64,000 nucleotides of DNA from an uncultured Nitrospiraceae bacterium. GTDB lineage: Bacteria > Nitrospirota > Nitrospiria > Nitrospirales > Nitrospiraceae. Location: NCBI GenBank assembly GCA_963846575.1, contig CAWJWJ010000002.1, positions 1,600,001-1,664,000 on the forward strand, written 5' to 3'. Positions 51,487-61,186 of this stretch are shown one piece after another (position 1 is the stretch's first letter; the number at the start of each line of letters is the position of its first letter). Under the pieces are notes generated by a model. The model had not been told where the DNA came from. It ran no database searches and saw only the letters and a program-made list of their open reading frames with translations. Both the position numbers and the translations under genes were made by a program.

Positions 51487-52200
51487 GTGAACGATCTGAG
51501 CGTTCCCCGTTCGGCATCAGCCTTTCTCGCAGTCGGCCTGTGCATCCAACTGACCCTTTCCAAGGACGAGACCAAAGCTCAGTACGGATCCTCCATTCTC
51601 GGATGGAAACAGGACGGTTGGCTGATTTGTGAGTGGCCGTTCCATTTGGGGCAACCCGTTCCCTGCAACCCCGGAACGCGCGTGCTATTGCGATATATCT
51701 ATCAAGGAAAGATGATCGGCTATCACAGCGAGGTTCTGACCACTCATGTCCAGCCCTTTCCTTTTCTGCTTTTGAGCTTTCCTGCAGGCCTGGACGAGGT
51801 GCCGCTTCGTAAGCATGGCCGGATGGCGGCGCAAGAACCGGTCATGCTCCGTCATGTAAATGACGGATTGCCTCTGTCTGCCGCTGCTAGATTGACGCAG
51901 ATCGGCGGATTGCTGGTAGACCTGAGTGTCACCGGCTGCGCCATCCTCATCCAGAGACCCGTGAAAGAATTTGTGCCCGGCATGGTCTTACGAGTCGAAT
52001 TCGAAATCGTGGGGACCGGCCGGGTAGGGAATCTGGCAGGTGTGGTCCGGAACATGTCGACACAGGGCGGCGAGACGCATCTGGGCCTGGAATTCCGTTT
52101 CGACGGGAAAGAAACGATCGAATATCGCGGCTGGGGCGGATCGGTCAAGAATGCGCTTGAGTCCTTTGTCCTGCGAAGAAACTCGCTCCAGTCGCCTTAG
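51487..52200 (+). CDS. YcgR-like flagellar brake protein (PilZN plus PilZ)
   Basis: N-terminal beta domain, RKHGR (RxxxR) and DLSVTG motifs; GTG start after AGGAG; weak sigma28-like site TGTAGATT-N12-GCCGATGT at 51416-51443. Confidence 0.8.
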   Translation: MNDLSVPRSASAFLAVGLCIQLTLSKDETKAQYGSSILGWKQDGWLICEWPFHLGQPVPCNPGTRVLLRYIYQGKMIGYHSEVLTTHVQPFPFLLLSFPAGLDEVPLRKHGRMAAQEPVMLRHVNDGLPLSAAARLTQIGGLLVDLSVTGCAILIQRPVKEFVPGMVLRVEFEIVGTGRVGNLAGVVRNMSTQGGETHLGLEFRFDGKETIEYRGWGGSVKNALESFVLRRNSLQSP

Positions 52201-52201
52201 G

Positions 52202-52325
52202 CTGCAGGCCTTGCCGCGTACCGGGTAAATTTTGCCCGGCTTCTCCGATCGTCCCTTCATCTCACTCCTCAATTCATACACATGTGCGTCCTCTCCTCCG
52301 GCCCATCAGTGGCACACATCTTGAT
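52202..52325 (+). promoter_or_regulatory. Paired enhancer boxes plus sigma54-like promoter of the sugar operon
   Basis: CTGCAGGCCTTGCCG (52202) and GGGTAAATTTTGCCC (52223); TGGCACACATCTTGAT at 52310 (-12 is GA). Confidence 0.6.
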
Positions 52326-52398
52326 TGTTCACCTCATGCCGCCTCTCGTCCTGCGATGGACGGAGGGAAACATTCACAGGTGCAAGAGGGACGAGAAC

Positions 52399-53592
52399 AT
52401 GACGCTCCATGCTCAGAGTTCCGGACTCAATCCCCGGTGGTGCCTCGCACAAGACACGATCGACCGACAGGACATCGATCGCTTGATCGAATGGCTTCGA
52501 ACCTATCCCCGGCTCACGAAAGGGGCGGTGACCCTGGATTTCGAGCGGCAATGGTCGCAATGGCTGGGGCGTCCCTATTCGGTCAACTGCAATTCCGGTT
52601 CATCGGCCAACCTGCTCATGTATTACACCTTGCTCCGCTCGGGCAACCTGCGCAACACGAAGGTCATCGTGCCCAGCGTGGGATGGGTGACGTCCCTTGC
52701 ACCGGCGATCCAATTCGGTTTTACGCCCATCATGTGCGAGGCGGATCCGGACACTTTCGGGCTCGATCTGAATCATCTCGAAGATCTCTTGAAACGCCAC
52801 GACCCTCAAACCGTCCTCCTGGTCCAGGTGCTCGGCGTGCCCCATCGCATGCATGAATTACAGGCGCTCAAAGATCGTTACGGCTTTTACCTGCTGGAGG
52901 ATGCCTGCGCCGCGATAGGCGCGGAGTATCAGGGGAGGAAAGTCGGAAGCTTCGGTGACATGGCCAGTTTCTCGTTTTATTTCGGCCACCAGATGTCGAC
53001 CATCGAAGGCGGGATGGTGTCGACCAGTGAGAAGCGGTTTGCTGATCTATTGTTGATGTTGCGCAGTCATGGATGGAGCAAGGATCTGGATCCCGACAGT
53101 CACCAGGAGTTGGTGTCCAGCTATCACATCGACGATTTCCACTCGCCTTTCGTGTTTTACGAACCGGGCTTCAACCTCCGTTCGACCGATCTCAATGCCT
53201 TTATCGGCATTGAACAACTGCATAAACTCGACTGGATGACCGGCCGGCGCCAGGCGAACCACGAGCTGTACTTACGGCAGTTGGGCAGCCAGTTCTACAC
53301 GCAGCGTCCTCCTGAGGGCAGTAAAGTATCCAGCATTTCCTTTGGCCTCCTCGCGAAGTCATCCGAACAGCGGCGGCGTATCGTTCGCGCGCTCGTGGCG
53401 GAAGGCATAGAGACGCGAATCTTTTCGGCCGGCAACCTGGGCCTCCATCCCTTCTGGGTCAATCGCTACGGGAAGGCCAGCTTTCCTATCGCCGACCGGG
53501 TGCACCATTGCGGGTTCTTTTTGCCCAACCACGCCTTGATGAACGAGCAGGATGTGCTTCAGATCGCTCGTGTGGTTCTGGAGGCCGCATGA
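52399..53592 (+). CDS. DegT/DnrJ-family PLP enzyme, ColD-like NDP-4-keto-6-deoxysugar 3-dehydratase
   Basis: NSGSSANL, LEDAC, SFYFGHQMSTIEGGM (His in place of the Schiff-base Lys), LRSHGW, GFNLR; lacks the Cys motif of the Fe-S enzyme E1. Confidence 0.85.
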   Translation: MTLHAQSSGLNPRWCLAQDTIDRQDIDRLIEWLRTYPRLTKGAVTLDFERQWSQWLGRPYSVNCNSGSSANLLMYYTLLRSGNLRNTKVIVPSVGWVTSLAPAIQFGFTPIMCEADPDTFGLDLNHLEDLLKRHDPQTVLLVQVLGVPHRMHELQALKDRYGFYLLEDACAAIGAEYQGRKVGSFGDMASFSFYFGHQMSTIEGGMVSTSEKRFADLLLMLRSHGWSKDLDPDSHQELVSSYHIDDFHSPFVFYEPGFNLRSTDLNAFIGIEQLHKLDWMTGRRQANHELYLRQLGSQFYTQRPPEGSKVSSISFGLLAKSSEQRRRIVRALVAEGIETRIFSAGNLGLHPFWVNRYGKASFPIADRVHHCGFFLPNHALMNEQDVLQIARVVLEAA

Positions 53593-53728
53593 GCCGGGGG
53601 TCACGAGCTCTTTGCGGGCAACCGCCGACCCGCTCCGGCCTGTCCTCGAGGGATTCAGCTCGCGGGGGCAGCGGCAGCATGGTGACCACCACACCAATGG
53701 ACTCATTCATAGGGGAGCTCGTTAAACC

Positions 53729-54676
53729 ATGACGACAGCCTCGACGCATGTGCTCGTGACCGGTGGAGCCGGCTATATCGGATCCGTACTCAGCAAACAA
53801 TTACTCGACCGCGGGTACCATGTCACGGTCCTCGACAATTTTCTCTATCGCCAGAACAGTCTGATGGATTGCTGCGGCGAGGAAGGATTCCAAGTAGTTC
53901 GCGGGGACTGCCGGGATGAACGGCTGCTGACGGACCTTCTACGTCAGGCCGACATCATCATCCCGCTCGCAGCCCTGGTCGGGGCTCCCCTCTGCGACCG
54001 GGATCGTATCGGAGCCTATACCGTGAACTTCGAAGCGGTGCAGCTGCTCTGCAAGCTGTCCTCCCTGCAGCAACGCATCATTTTCCCGGTCACCAACAGC
54101 GGGTATGGCATCGGAACACCGGGCGTGCCCTGCACAGAAGACTCTCCACTACGTCCCATCAGTCTCTATGGTGAAACCAAGGTCAAAGCAGAGCGGGTCG
54201 TTTTGGATCGGGGCAATGCCATCACCTTACGACTGGCGACGGTCTTCGGAGTGTCGCCGCGGATGCGAATGGACTTACTCGTCAACGATTTTGTCTGGCA
54301 CGCCGTGCAGGATCGCGCGGTGGTGGTATTCGAGGGCCACTGCAAACGCAATTACATCCATCTCCGGGATGTGGTCCGCACATTCATCCACGCGATCGAC
54401 CACTTCGAGCAGATGAAAGACCGGCCCTATAACGTCGGCCTGGACGACGCGAACCTCTCGAAACTGGAGCTATGCCGGGAGATCCAGCGATTGATCCCCC
54501 ACTTCGTCTCTTTTGAAGCCGCCATCGGGGAGGATCCCGATAAGCGGGACTATATCGTGTCTAACCAGCGGTTGCTCGCCATGGGATTCAGGCCGGAATG
54601 GTCGCTCGAGCGCGGGATCCGCGAATTGATCAAATGCTATACGATTATTAAGGCCGGCCAATATGCCAATGTGTAA
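53729..54676 (+). CDS. NAD-dependent nucleotide-sugar epimerase/dehydratase/reductase (extended SDR)
   Basis: VTGGAGYIGS, YGETK, RLATVFGVSPRMRMDLLVN. Confidence 0.92.
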   Translation: MTTASTHVLVTGGAGYIGSVLSKQLLDRGYHVTVLDNFLYRQNSLMDCCGEEGFQVVRGDCRDERLLTDLLRQADIIIPLAALVGAPLCDRDRIGAYTVNFEAVQLLCKLSSLQQRIIFPVTNSGYGIGTPGVPCTEDSPLRPISLYGETKVKAERVVLDRGNAITLRLATVFGVSPRMRMDLLVNDFVWHAVQDRAVVVFEGHCKRNYIHLRDVVRTFIHAIDHFEQMKDRPYNVGLDDANLSKLELCREIQRLIPHFVSFEAAIGEDPDKRDYIVSNQRLLAMGFRPEWSLERGIRELIKCYTIIKAGQYANV

Positions 54677-54706
54677 GTCGATGCCGGGGCAGCGGGGACC
54701 TGCGCG

Positions 54707-55777
54707 ATGATCATCAGCCGCACTCCGTTCCGCATGTCGTTTTTTGGAGGAGGCACCGACTATCCCGTGTGGTTTCGCGAGCATGGGGGAGCCGTACTTG
54801 CGACGACGATCGACAAGTATTGCTACATCAGTTGCCGACGCCTCCCGCCGTTTTTCGAGCATCGCACCAGGATTGCCTATTCACGCATCGAGTTGGTGAA
54901 CGACCATCAGGAGATCGAACATCCCGCCGTCCGCGGCGTGCTCACGTATCTCAATATCAACGACGGGTTGGAGATTCACCACGACGGCGATCTGCCGGCA
55001 CGCACGGGACTGGGATCCAGCTCATCTTTTACGGTGGGCCTGCTCCACACGCTGTACGCGTTGCAGCACGTCATGCCCAGCAAAGCCCAGCTCGCGCAGG
55101 CGGCGATTCACGTTGAACAGGATCTCCTGGGAGAAGCCGTCGGGTGCCAGGACCAGGTCCTCGCGGCACAAGGCAGCCTCTGCCGGGTCAACTTCTTTCA
55201 AAACGGAGACATCGGCCATACGCCGATCGTCATGCATCCGGAACGGCTGCTCTCCTTTCAGAACCATCTTCAACTCTATTTCACCGGCTTTTCCAGGATC
55301 GCATCCGAAGTGGCCAGGGAGCAGATCGATCGTACGAAGCAACGTCAGGCAGAACTCTTCGCCATGTTGCAGATGGTCGAGGAGGGCATCGCCATACTCA
55401 CGGGAGAGCGGGACCTGGCCGAGTTCGGTGCCCTGCTACACGAAGCCTGGATGTTGAAACGGCGTTTGACCTCCCGCATTACCACCCCGGCCATCGATGA
55501 CATCTATACCGCCGCCCGAAACGCCGGCGCGCTCGGCGGCAAGTTGTTAGGGGCGGGAGGCGGGGGCTTCATGTTGCTGTTTGCACGGCCGGAGGATCAT
55601 GCACGGATCCGCATGGCCCTCCCTGGGTTGTTACAGGTGCCGTTCAAATTCGAAGGTCTGGGCAGCCAGATCGTGTTTTATCAGGAAGACCATCTCATGT
55701 TGGATGACGTGTGGGCACAGAGTTCGGTACAAACGGCCGCCCAATTGAAAGCCGGCCTTATCGGAAAGGCAGCCTGA
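54707..55777 (+). CDS. GHMP sugar kinase, HddA-like (heptose-7-phosphate kinase)
   Basis: SRTPFRMSFFGGGTD, PARTGLGSSS, GCQDQ, GGKLLGAGGGGF. Confidence 0.9.
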   Translation: MIISRTPFRMSFFGGGTDYPVWFREHGGAVLATTIDKYCYISCRRLPPFFEHRTRIAYSRIELVNDHQEIEHPAVRGVLTYLNINDGLEIHHDGDLPARTGLGSSSSFTVGLLHTLYALQHVMPSKAQLAQAAIHVEQDLLGEAVGCQDQVLAAQGSLCRVNFFQNGDIGHTPIVMHPERLLSFQNHLQLYFTGFSRIASEVAREQIDRTKQRQAELFAMLQMVEEGIAILTGERDLAEFGALLHEAWMLKRRLTSRITTPAIDDIYTAARNAGALGGKLLGAGGGGFMLLFARPEDHARIRMALPGLLQVPFKFEGLGSQIVFYQEDHLMLDDVWAQSSVQTAAQLKAGLIGKAA

Positions 55778-55779
55778 GG

Positions 55780-56541
55780 ATGCGCGCGCTGACCGAATGC
55801 GACGTCATCATCCTGTGCGGCGGTCTGGGGACTCGACTCCAGTCGGTGGTACCGGACCGTCCCAAAGCGATGGCCGAGATCCATGGGCGGCCGTTCGTGT
55901 CCCTGATCGTCGAGCATTTTATTCGTCATGGCGCACGTCGCTTCATCTTCAGTACGGGCCACCGGGGAGAGATGATCGAGGAGTGGTTCGGACGCCATCG
56001 TGGATCCTATGAGGCCCGCTTCGTACGTGATCCTGCCCCGCTCGGTACCGGTGGCGCTCTGGCGCATGCCCTGGCGGTGGTACGAAGCAGTCCGTTCATG
56101 GTCTTGAACGGAGATTCCCTTTGCGAGATCGATCCGGCCCGGTTGTTGCGATTTCATGTCCTCAAGCGGGCCAGGGCTACGATCGCCGTGACGCATCAGA
56201 AGGAACGTCACGACACCGGGGCCGTGTTGCTGGGTGAGGATGATCGAGTGCTCTCGATGATCGAAAAGCCGCCTTCCCGGGTGACGGGGTATGACAATGC
56301 CGGTATCTATGTGTTCGACCGCGCCATCGAGTCGCTCTTTCCTCCAGAGAGCCCGTGGTCGCTGGAGCGGGACCTGCTTCCCAGATTGTCGACGCGAGGA
56401 TTCTACGGCTTCGTGACCGCCAGCACCTTGTACGATATCGGAACCCCCGATCGTCTAGCGCATTTTCGCACGATCTGGCAGGAGCCGCCGGCCTACCTGC
56501 CGGGCCCTCCGCTTCGCCAGAAACAGGGATCACTATCGTGA
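55780..56541 (+). CDS. Sugar-phosphate nucleotidyltransferase, HddC-like
   Basis: ILCGGLGTRL..PKAM, PLGTGGA, LNGDS, NAGIY, DIGTP. Confidence 0.9.
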   Translation: MRALTECDVIILCGGLGTRLQSVVPDRPKAMAEIHGRPFVSLIVEHFIRHGARRFIFSTGHRGEMIEEWFGRHRGSYEARFVRDPAPLGTGGALAHALAVVRSSPFMVLNGDSLCEIDPARLLRFHVLKRARATIAVTHQKERHDTGAVLLGEDDRVLSMIEKPPSRVTGYDNAGIYVFDRAIESLFPPESPWSLERDLLPRLSTRGFYGFVTASTLYDIGTPDRLAHFRTIWQEPPAYLPGPPLRQKQGSLS

Positions 56542-57761
56542 TGGGACCTCGATCCACGCCTGCATCGTCCGGTTCTCGTTCAGCTTCGTTCTCCGGACGG
56601 GGAGAACGATTGATCGGCCAGGAAATGTTCCGGGTCATGGATCGGGCGCAGGCGCTGGAACGACAGGGCCGGTACGTCTATCACTTGGAACTCGGCAACC
56701 CGCGCATAGCCCCGCCGCCGGAAATCATCGAGGCCACGGTGCAGGCGCTCGGAGCCAGGCATCTCGGGTATACACCCATGGCCGGGTTGAAGGAGTTGCG
56801 CGCCGCGGTGGCCGCCCGCTATGCGTCGCGGACGGGACAGGCGATGACCGATGCCCATGTCGTCATCAGCCCGGCCAACCTGCTGATCCATCAGTTTCTC
56901 GACATCACCTGCGATCCCGGCGACCCGGTGGTGGTCTTTACCCCCGCCTTTCCCTCCTACCTGGCGGCGGCCAGTCACCTGGGACTGCAGGTGACCGCCG
57001 TGCCGCTGTCCGGGGCAGACGGTTTCCAACTGACCTCCAACCGGGTGGAAGCCGCGTTCGCAGCACACCCGAAGGCGATTATCGTGAACAATGCCAACAA
57101 TCCTACGGGTGCCTTGTATCCGGCGGCCCTGGTGACGGAACTGGCGGAGCGGTGCGAAGGTACGGGCATCTGGCTCCTGAGCGACGAAACCTATGCCGAT
57201 CTGACCTTCGACGGCACATTCACGACGGTGGCATCCGCACAGGCGCGCAACGTCGTGACCATCTCCTCCTTCTCCAAAGTGTTCTCAATCCCTGGCTATC
57301 GAACCGGTTATGCCGTGGCACATGAGGCCGTCACAGCAAAACTGGCGCTCTCCAATTCCACGCTGTATTCGTGCCTCCCGGCCTTCACGCAACTGGGGTG
57401 CCTGGCGGGATTGACGGTCATCGACGCATACGTTGCCGACGTTCGGACGCGCAGCGCCAGGCTAAGCCAGGCCTGCGCCGACCGCGTCAACCGGTCGGGC
57501 ATCTTGCGTTGCCACGTTCCCGAATCAGGGTTTTACCTGTTCATCGACATCTCCCGTACCAATCTCGATGACCTGACCTTCTGCCACCGGCTGCTCGACG
57601 AACACCAGACCGCCGTCACACCGGGCCGCAGTTTCGGCTCGACCTTTGGATCGTTCATTCGTCTGGCCACCTGCGGGCAGGAGGACGACGTCCTGGAAGG
57701 TGTTACACGCACCATCGCTTTTGCCCAGAACCTCGGAGGTTGCCGTGTCCAAGCCGCTTGA
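56541..57761 (+). CDS. PLP-dependent aminotransferase, class I/II
   Basis: HLELGNP, NNPTG, LSDETY, SFSKVFSIPGYRTGY. Confidence 0.92.
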   Translation: MGPRSTPASSGSRSASFSGRGERLIGQEMFRVMDRAQALERQGRYVYHLELGNPRIAPPPEIIEATVQALGARHLGYTPMAGLKELRAAVAARYASRTGQAMTDAHVVISPANLLIHQFLDITCDPGDPVVVFTPAFPSYLAAASHLGLQVTAVPLSGADGFQLTSNRVEAAFAAHPKAIIVNNANNPTGALYPAALVTELAERCEGTGIWLLSDETYADLTFDGTFTTVASAQARNVVTISSFSKVFSIPGYRTGYAVAHEAVTAKLALSNSTLYSCLPAFTQLGCLAGLTVIDAYVADVRTRSARLSQACADRVNRSGILRCHVPESGFYLFIDISRTNLDDLTFCHRLLDEHQTAVTPGRSFGSTFGSFIRLATCGQEDDVLEGVTRTIAFAQNLGGCRVQAA

Positions 57762-59253
57762 CGTATTGCTCGTGACCCCTCCCAGTCGCCTCCAGGTTTA
57801 TCAGGAGCTCAGCCGTGATTTCGCCGCGATCGAGCCGCCGGTCTGGTCCGGTCTCATTGCGACATATTTGCGACAACACAGCTGTTCGGTCGCCATCCTT
57901 GACGCGGAGGCGCAGGGCTTCACTCACGAACAGACCGCACAACAGATCGCCGCCATCGCTCCGCGCCTTGCGGTGTTCGTCATTTACGGCCAGCAACCAT
58001 CGGCGTCGACTCAATGCATGCCGGCCGGCAGGAAGGTGTGCGAGATTCTGCATACTCTCTGTGACATTCCCACCCTCGTCATGGGAACGCATCCATCCGC
58101 CCTGCCGGAACGGACCCTGCTCGAAGAACCGTACACCTATGTCTGTCAGGGCGAAGGCCCCGCCACTATTCTCGGCTTGCTGATCGCGCTCCGTGCTCCC
58201 CAGCACTCTCTCCGCGATGTGCCGGGTTTATGGCACATGGACAAGGGGACCGCCGTGGGGAATACGCCGGCGCCGCTCCTGACGAATCTGGACCGGGACC
58301 TCCCGGCTCAGGCGTGGGACCTGCTTGATATGACCCGGTACCGTGCCCACAACTGGCACTGCTTTGGAAATCTGGATGCGCGATCTCCCTATGCGTCATT
58401 GCAGACCAGCCTGGGCTGTCCCTTCACCTGTTCCTTCTGCTGCATCAACGCTCCCTTTTCCACGCCCATGCTCCGGACGTGGAGTCCGGAGAAGGTCATC
58501 GGCCAGATCGACAGGCTGGTACGCGAGTACGGCATCACCAACATCAAGATCCCGGATGAAATGTTCGTCTTGAATCGACGGCATGTGATCGGCATTTGCG
58601 ATCGCATCATCGAACGCGGGTATCGCCTGAACATCTGGGCCTACGCGCGGGTCGACACGGTGCAGGATGAGGTACTGGAAAAATTGGCCCGTGCGGGGTT
58701 CAGCTGGCTCGGACTCGGCATCGAGTCCGGAAGCCAACACGTACGGAACGGAGTGGAAAAGGGCCGGTTCGGCGAACGGGACATCGTCGCGACGGTGGAG
58801 AGGATCCGCTCGCACGGCATTCATGTCGCGGCCAACTATATCTTTGGGTTACCCGACGACGACCTGGAGAGCATGCGTGCGACGCTGGACCTCGCCCTTG
58901 CCCTGAATACGGAATGGGCGAACTTCTACTGTGCGATGGCCTATCCCGGGTCACCCCTCTACGGCCTCGCAAAACAAAAACAATGGCCGTTGCCGGACGA
59001 TGCGGGAGGGCCCGGTTGGATCGGTTATTCGCAGCACGCGTACGAGAGCTGTCCATTGCCCACCGACCGCCTCACGGGGACCTCCGTCCTGTCCTTCAGA
59101 GACCGGGCATTTGGAGAGTATTTCGGCCATCCGCGCTATTCGGACATGTTGAGACGGACCTTCGGCGAGCGCGTCGCCACCCATGTGGCGGACATGTGCC
59201 GCCACCAGGTACGTCGGCGTCATCACGATATGGCAGCCAGGCCGGCTGCCTAA
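57745..59253 (+). CDS. Cobalamin-binding radical SAM enzyme (class B methyltransferase-like)
   Basis: N-terminal B12-binding-type fold (GTHPSALP..GEG), CxxxCxxC (CPFTCSFC), GIESG, YPGSPLY; GTG start after GGAGG. Confidence 0.9.
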   Translation: MSKPLDVLLVTPPSRLQVYQELSRDFAAIEPPVWSGLIATYLRQHSCSVAILDAEAQGFTHEQTAQQIAAIAPRLAVFVIYGQQPSASTQCMPAGRKVCEILHTLCDIPTLVMGTHPSALPERTLLEEPYTYVCQGEGPATILGLLIALRAPQHSLRDVPGLWHMDKGTAVGNTPAPLLTNLDRDLPAQAWDLLDMTRYRAHNWHCFGNLDARSPYASLQTSLGCPFTCSFCCINAPFSTPMLRTWSPEKVIGQIDRLVREYGITNIKIPDEMFVLNRRHVIGICDRIIERGYRLNIWAYARVDTVQDEVLEKLARAGFSWLGLGIESGSQHVRNGVEKGRFGERDIVATVERIRSHGIHVAANYIFGLPDDDLESMRATLDLALALNTEWANFYCAMAYPGSPLYGLAKQKQWPLPDDAGGPGWIGYSQHAYESCPLPTDRLTGTSVLSFRDRAFGEYFGHPRYSDMLRRTFGERVATHVADMCRHQVRRRHHDMAARPAA

Positions 59254-59277
59254 CAGCAGGGGAGAAAGGAGTTCTCC

Positions 59278-61116
59278 ATGATCAAGGTCGCGGATTTCAT
59301 CATCAACCACCTGGCGGAACAGGGCATCGACAAGATGTTCGTCGTCTACGGCGCCGCCAACGGTGATTTGATCGATGCGTTCACCCGCACGGGCGCCACC
59401 GAATATGTCGCAGTCATGCATGAGCAAGCCGGCGGCTTCGCGGCGGAAGCCTATGCCAAGGTGAAGGGGGTACCGGGCGTCGCCATCGCGACCAGCGGAC
59501 CGGGCGGCATGAACCTCCTCACGGCGATGGGCAACTGCTTCTACGATTCCGTCCCCTGCGTCTTTCTGACCGGCCAGATCAATTCCCGTTTCCTACGGCC
59601 CGATCCCTCCATCCGGCAAATCGGATTCCAGGAGACCGACATTGTCGCCATGGCGGCCCCGGTCACCAAATACGCCAAAATGATTCTGAAGGCCGAAGAT
59701 ACCCGCTTCGAACTGGAGAAGGCGCTCTGGCTCTGCCGGCAGGGGCGACCAGGCCCGGTCTTACTGGACATCCCCCTCGACGTGCAGAAGACGATGGTCG
59801 ACGCCAAACAACTCACCGGCTTTGCACCGCCGGCTGCAATGAATTTCGATCTGACCGTGGTCGACGAACAGATTGCCCGGTTGCTCAGCGAACTCCAACA
59901 GGCGGAACGGCCGGTCCTTCTCATCGGCGGGGGAGTGCGCCTGGCCGATGCGCAGGACGACGTACGGGAGTTGGGGCGGCGACTGAACGTGCCCTGCTTC
60001 CCGACCTGGAATGCGCTCGACGTCATCACCTCGGATTATGACAAGTACGGCGGCCGGGTCGGCACCTACGGAGGAGCCGGACGAAACTTCGGCATCCAGA
60101 ACAGCGATCTGCTGTTGTCGATCGGGAGCCGTATTTCCGGCCGGATCACCGGCGGAAACGTCATGAGCTTCGCCCGGCAAGCCAAGAAGTATTTAGTCGA
60201 AATCGATCCGGCCATGGTGCAGCGGAAATTTCAGCAAGTGCCCTTCGACGTCAACATCCTCTGTGATGCCAAAGTCTTTACCCGCCGCCTCCTGGCCGCA
60301 CTCGATCGACGGGGCAAGCCGCTGCCGGATTATTCGGCCTGGACGGCGCGGGTGATGGCGTGGAAACAGCAATATGATCCGGTGCGGCCGGAGTTTTTTG
60401 CGCAGACCGCACGTGTGCATCCCTATGCCTTTATGCGACGGTTATCGGAAAAAATGGGCGCCACGGACATTCTCGTGGGAGACTGCGGGGGCAACATCGT
60501 CGTCAGCAACCATGCCTTCGAAACCAAATATGGACAGCGCAACCTGACCAACAACGGTAATTCGCCGATGGGGTTCTCGTTCGCCGGAGCGATGGGCGCC
60601 TGGTTCGCCGATCCTGCGCGCCAGGTCGTCTGCACGATCGGTGACGGAGGATTCAACATGAATCCGCAGGAACTGCAGACCTTCGTCAACTATGGGGTCA
60701 AGGTCAAGACGTTCATCCTGAACAACCACATCTACGGCATCACCAAGGCCTACCAGGAAACCAACTTCCAGGGACGCGCCGAAGCTTGCGGGCCCAAAGG
60801 GTACCATCCGCCTGACTTTTTGAAGCTCGCGCAGGCCTACGGAATCAAGACCGTCGCCATCGGCAGCCACGCAAACATGGATGCCAAGATCGAGGAGGTG
60901 CTTCGTTTCGACGGGCCGGTGGTGTGCGACGTGGACATGCACGAATTCCATACCTACGAACCCAGGATCTTCGGGTGGAAAACCCCCATCGAGGATATGT
61001 ACCCCTATCTGCCTCGTGAGGAATTCCGGGCCAACATGGTCATCGAACCGTCCGAGGGATGGATGAACCCCGAATATCCGGACGTCGTACGCCGGGATAA
61101 TCAATCACAGCCCTGA
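59278..61116 (+). CDS. Thiamine-diphosphate-dependent enzyme (acetolactate synthase/YerE-like)
   Basis: MHEQAGGFAAE, ATSGPG, GRPGPVLLDIP, GDGG..LNN ThDP motif; no ilvN/ilvC nearby; embedded in a sugar operon. Confidence 0.9.
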   Translation: MIKVADFIINHLAEQGIDKMFVVYGAANGDLIDAFTRTGATEYVAVMHEQAGGFAAEAYAKVKGVPGVAIATSGPGGMNLLTAMGNCFYDSVPCVFLTGQINSRFLRPDPSIRQIGFQETDIVAMAAPVTKYAKMILKAEDTRFELEKALWLCRQGRPGPVLLDIPLDVQKTMVDAKQLTGFAPPAAMNFDLTVVDEQIARLLSELQQAERPVLLIGGGVRLADAQDDVRELGRRLNVPCFPTWNALDVITSDYDKYGGRVGTYGGAGRNFGIQNSDLLLSIGSRISGRITGGNVMSFARQAKKYLVEIDPAMVQRKFQQVPFDVNILCDAKVFTRRLLAALDRRGKPLPDYSAWTARVMAWKQQYDPVRPEFFAQTARVHPYAFMRRLSEKMGATDILVGDCGGNIVVSNHAFETKYGQRNLTNNGNSPMGFSFAGAMGAWFADPARQVVCTIGDGGFNMNPQELQTFVNYGVKVKTFILNNHIYGITKAYQETNFQGRAEACGPKGYHPPDFLKLAQAYGIKTVAIGSHANMDAKIEEVLRFDGPVVCDVDMHEFHTYEPRIFGWKTPIEDMYPYLPREEFRANMVIEPSEGWMNPEYPDVVRRDNQSQP

Positions 61117-61186
61117 CCCGTTATCCCCGGCAATGCATCATCTGCCGGACCGTGGCCGAAGAATCGTTTTCCAAGCGAGGTGATAC

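Noticed and set aside
52399..53592. Ordinary sugar aminotransferase or Fe-S dependent E1 (DdhC)
   Set aside because: The catalytic Lys position holds His and the E1 Cys motif is absent, which fits ColD better
59278..61116. Housekeeping ilvB for branched-chain amino acid synthesis
   Set aside because: No ilvN or ilvC is adjacent and the gene sits inside a nucleotide-sugar operon, so the gene symbol was withheld
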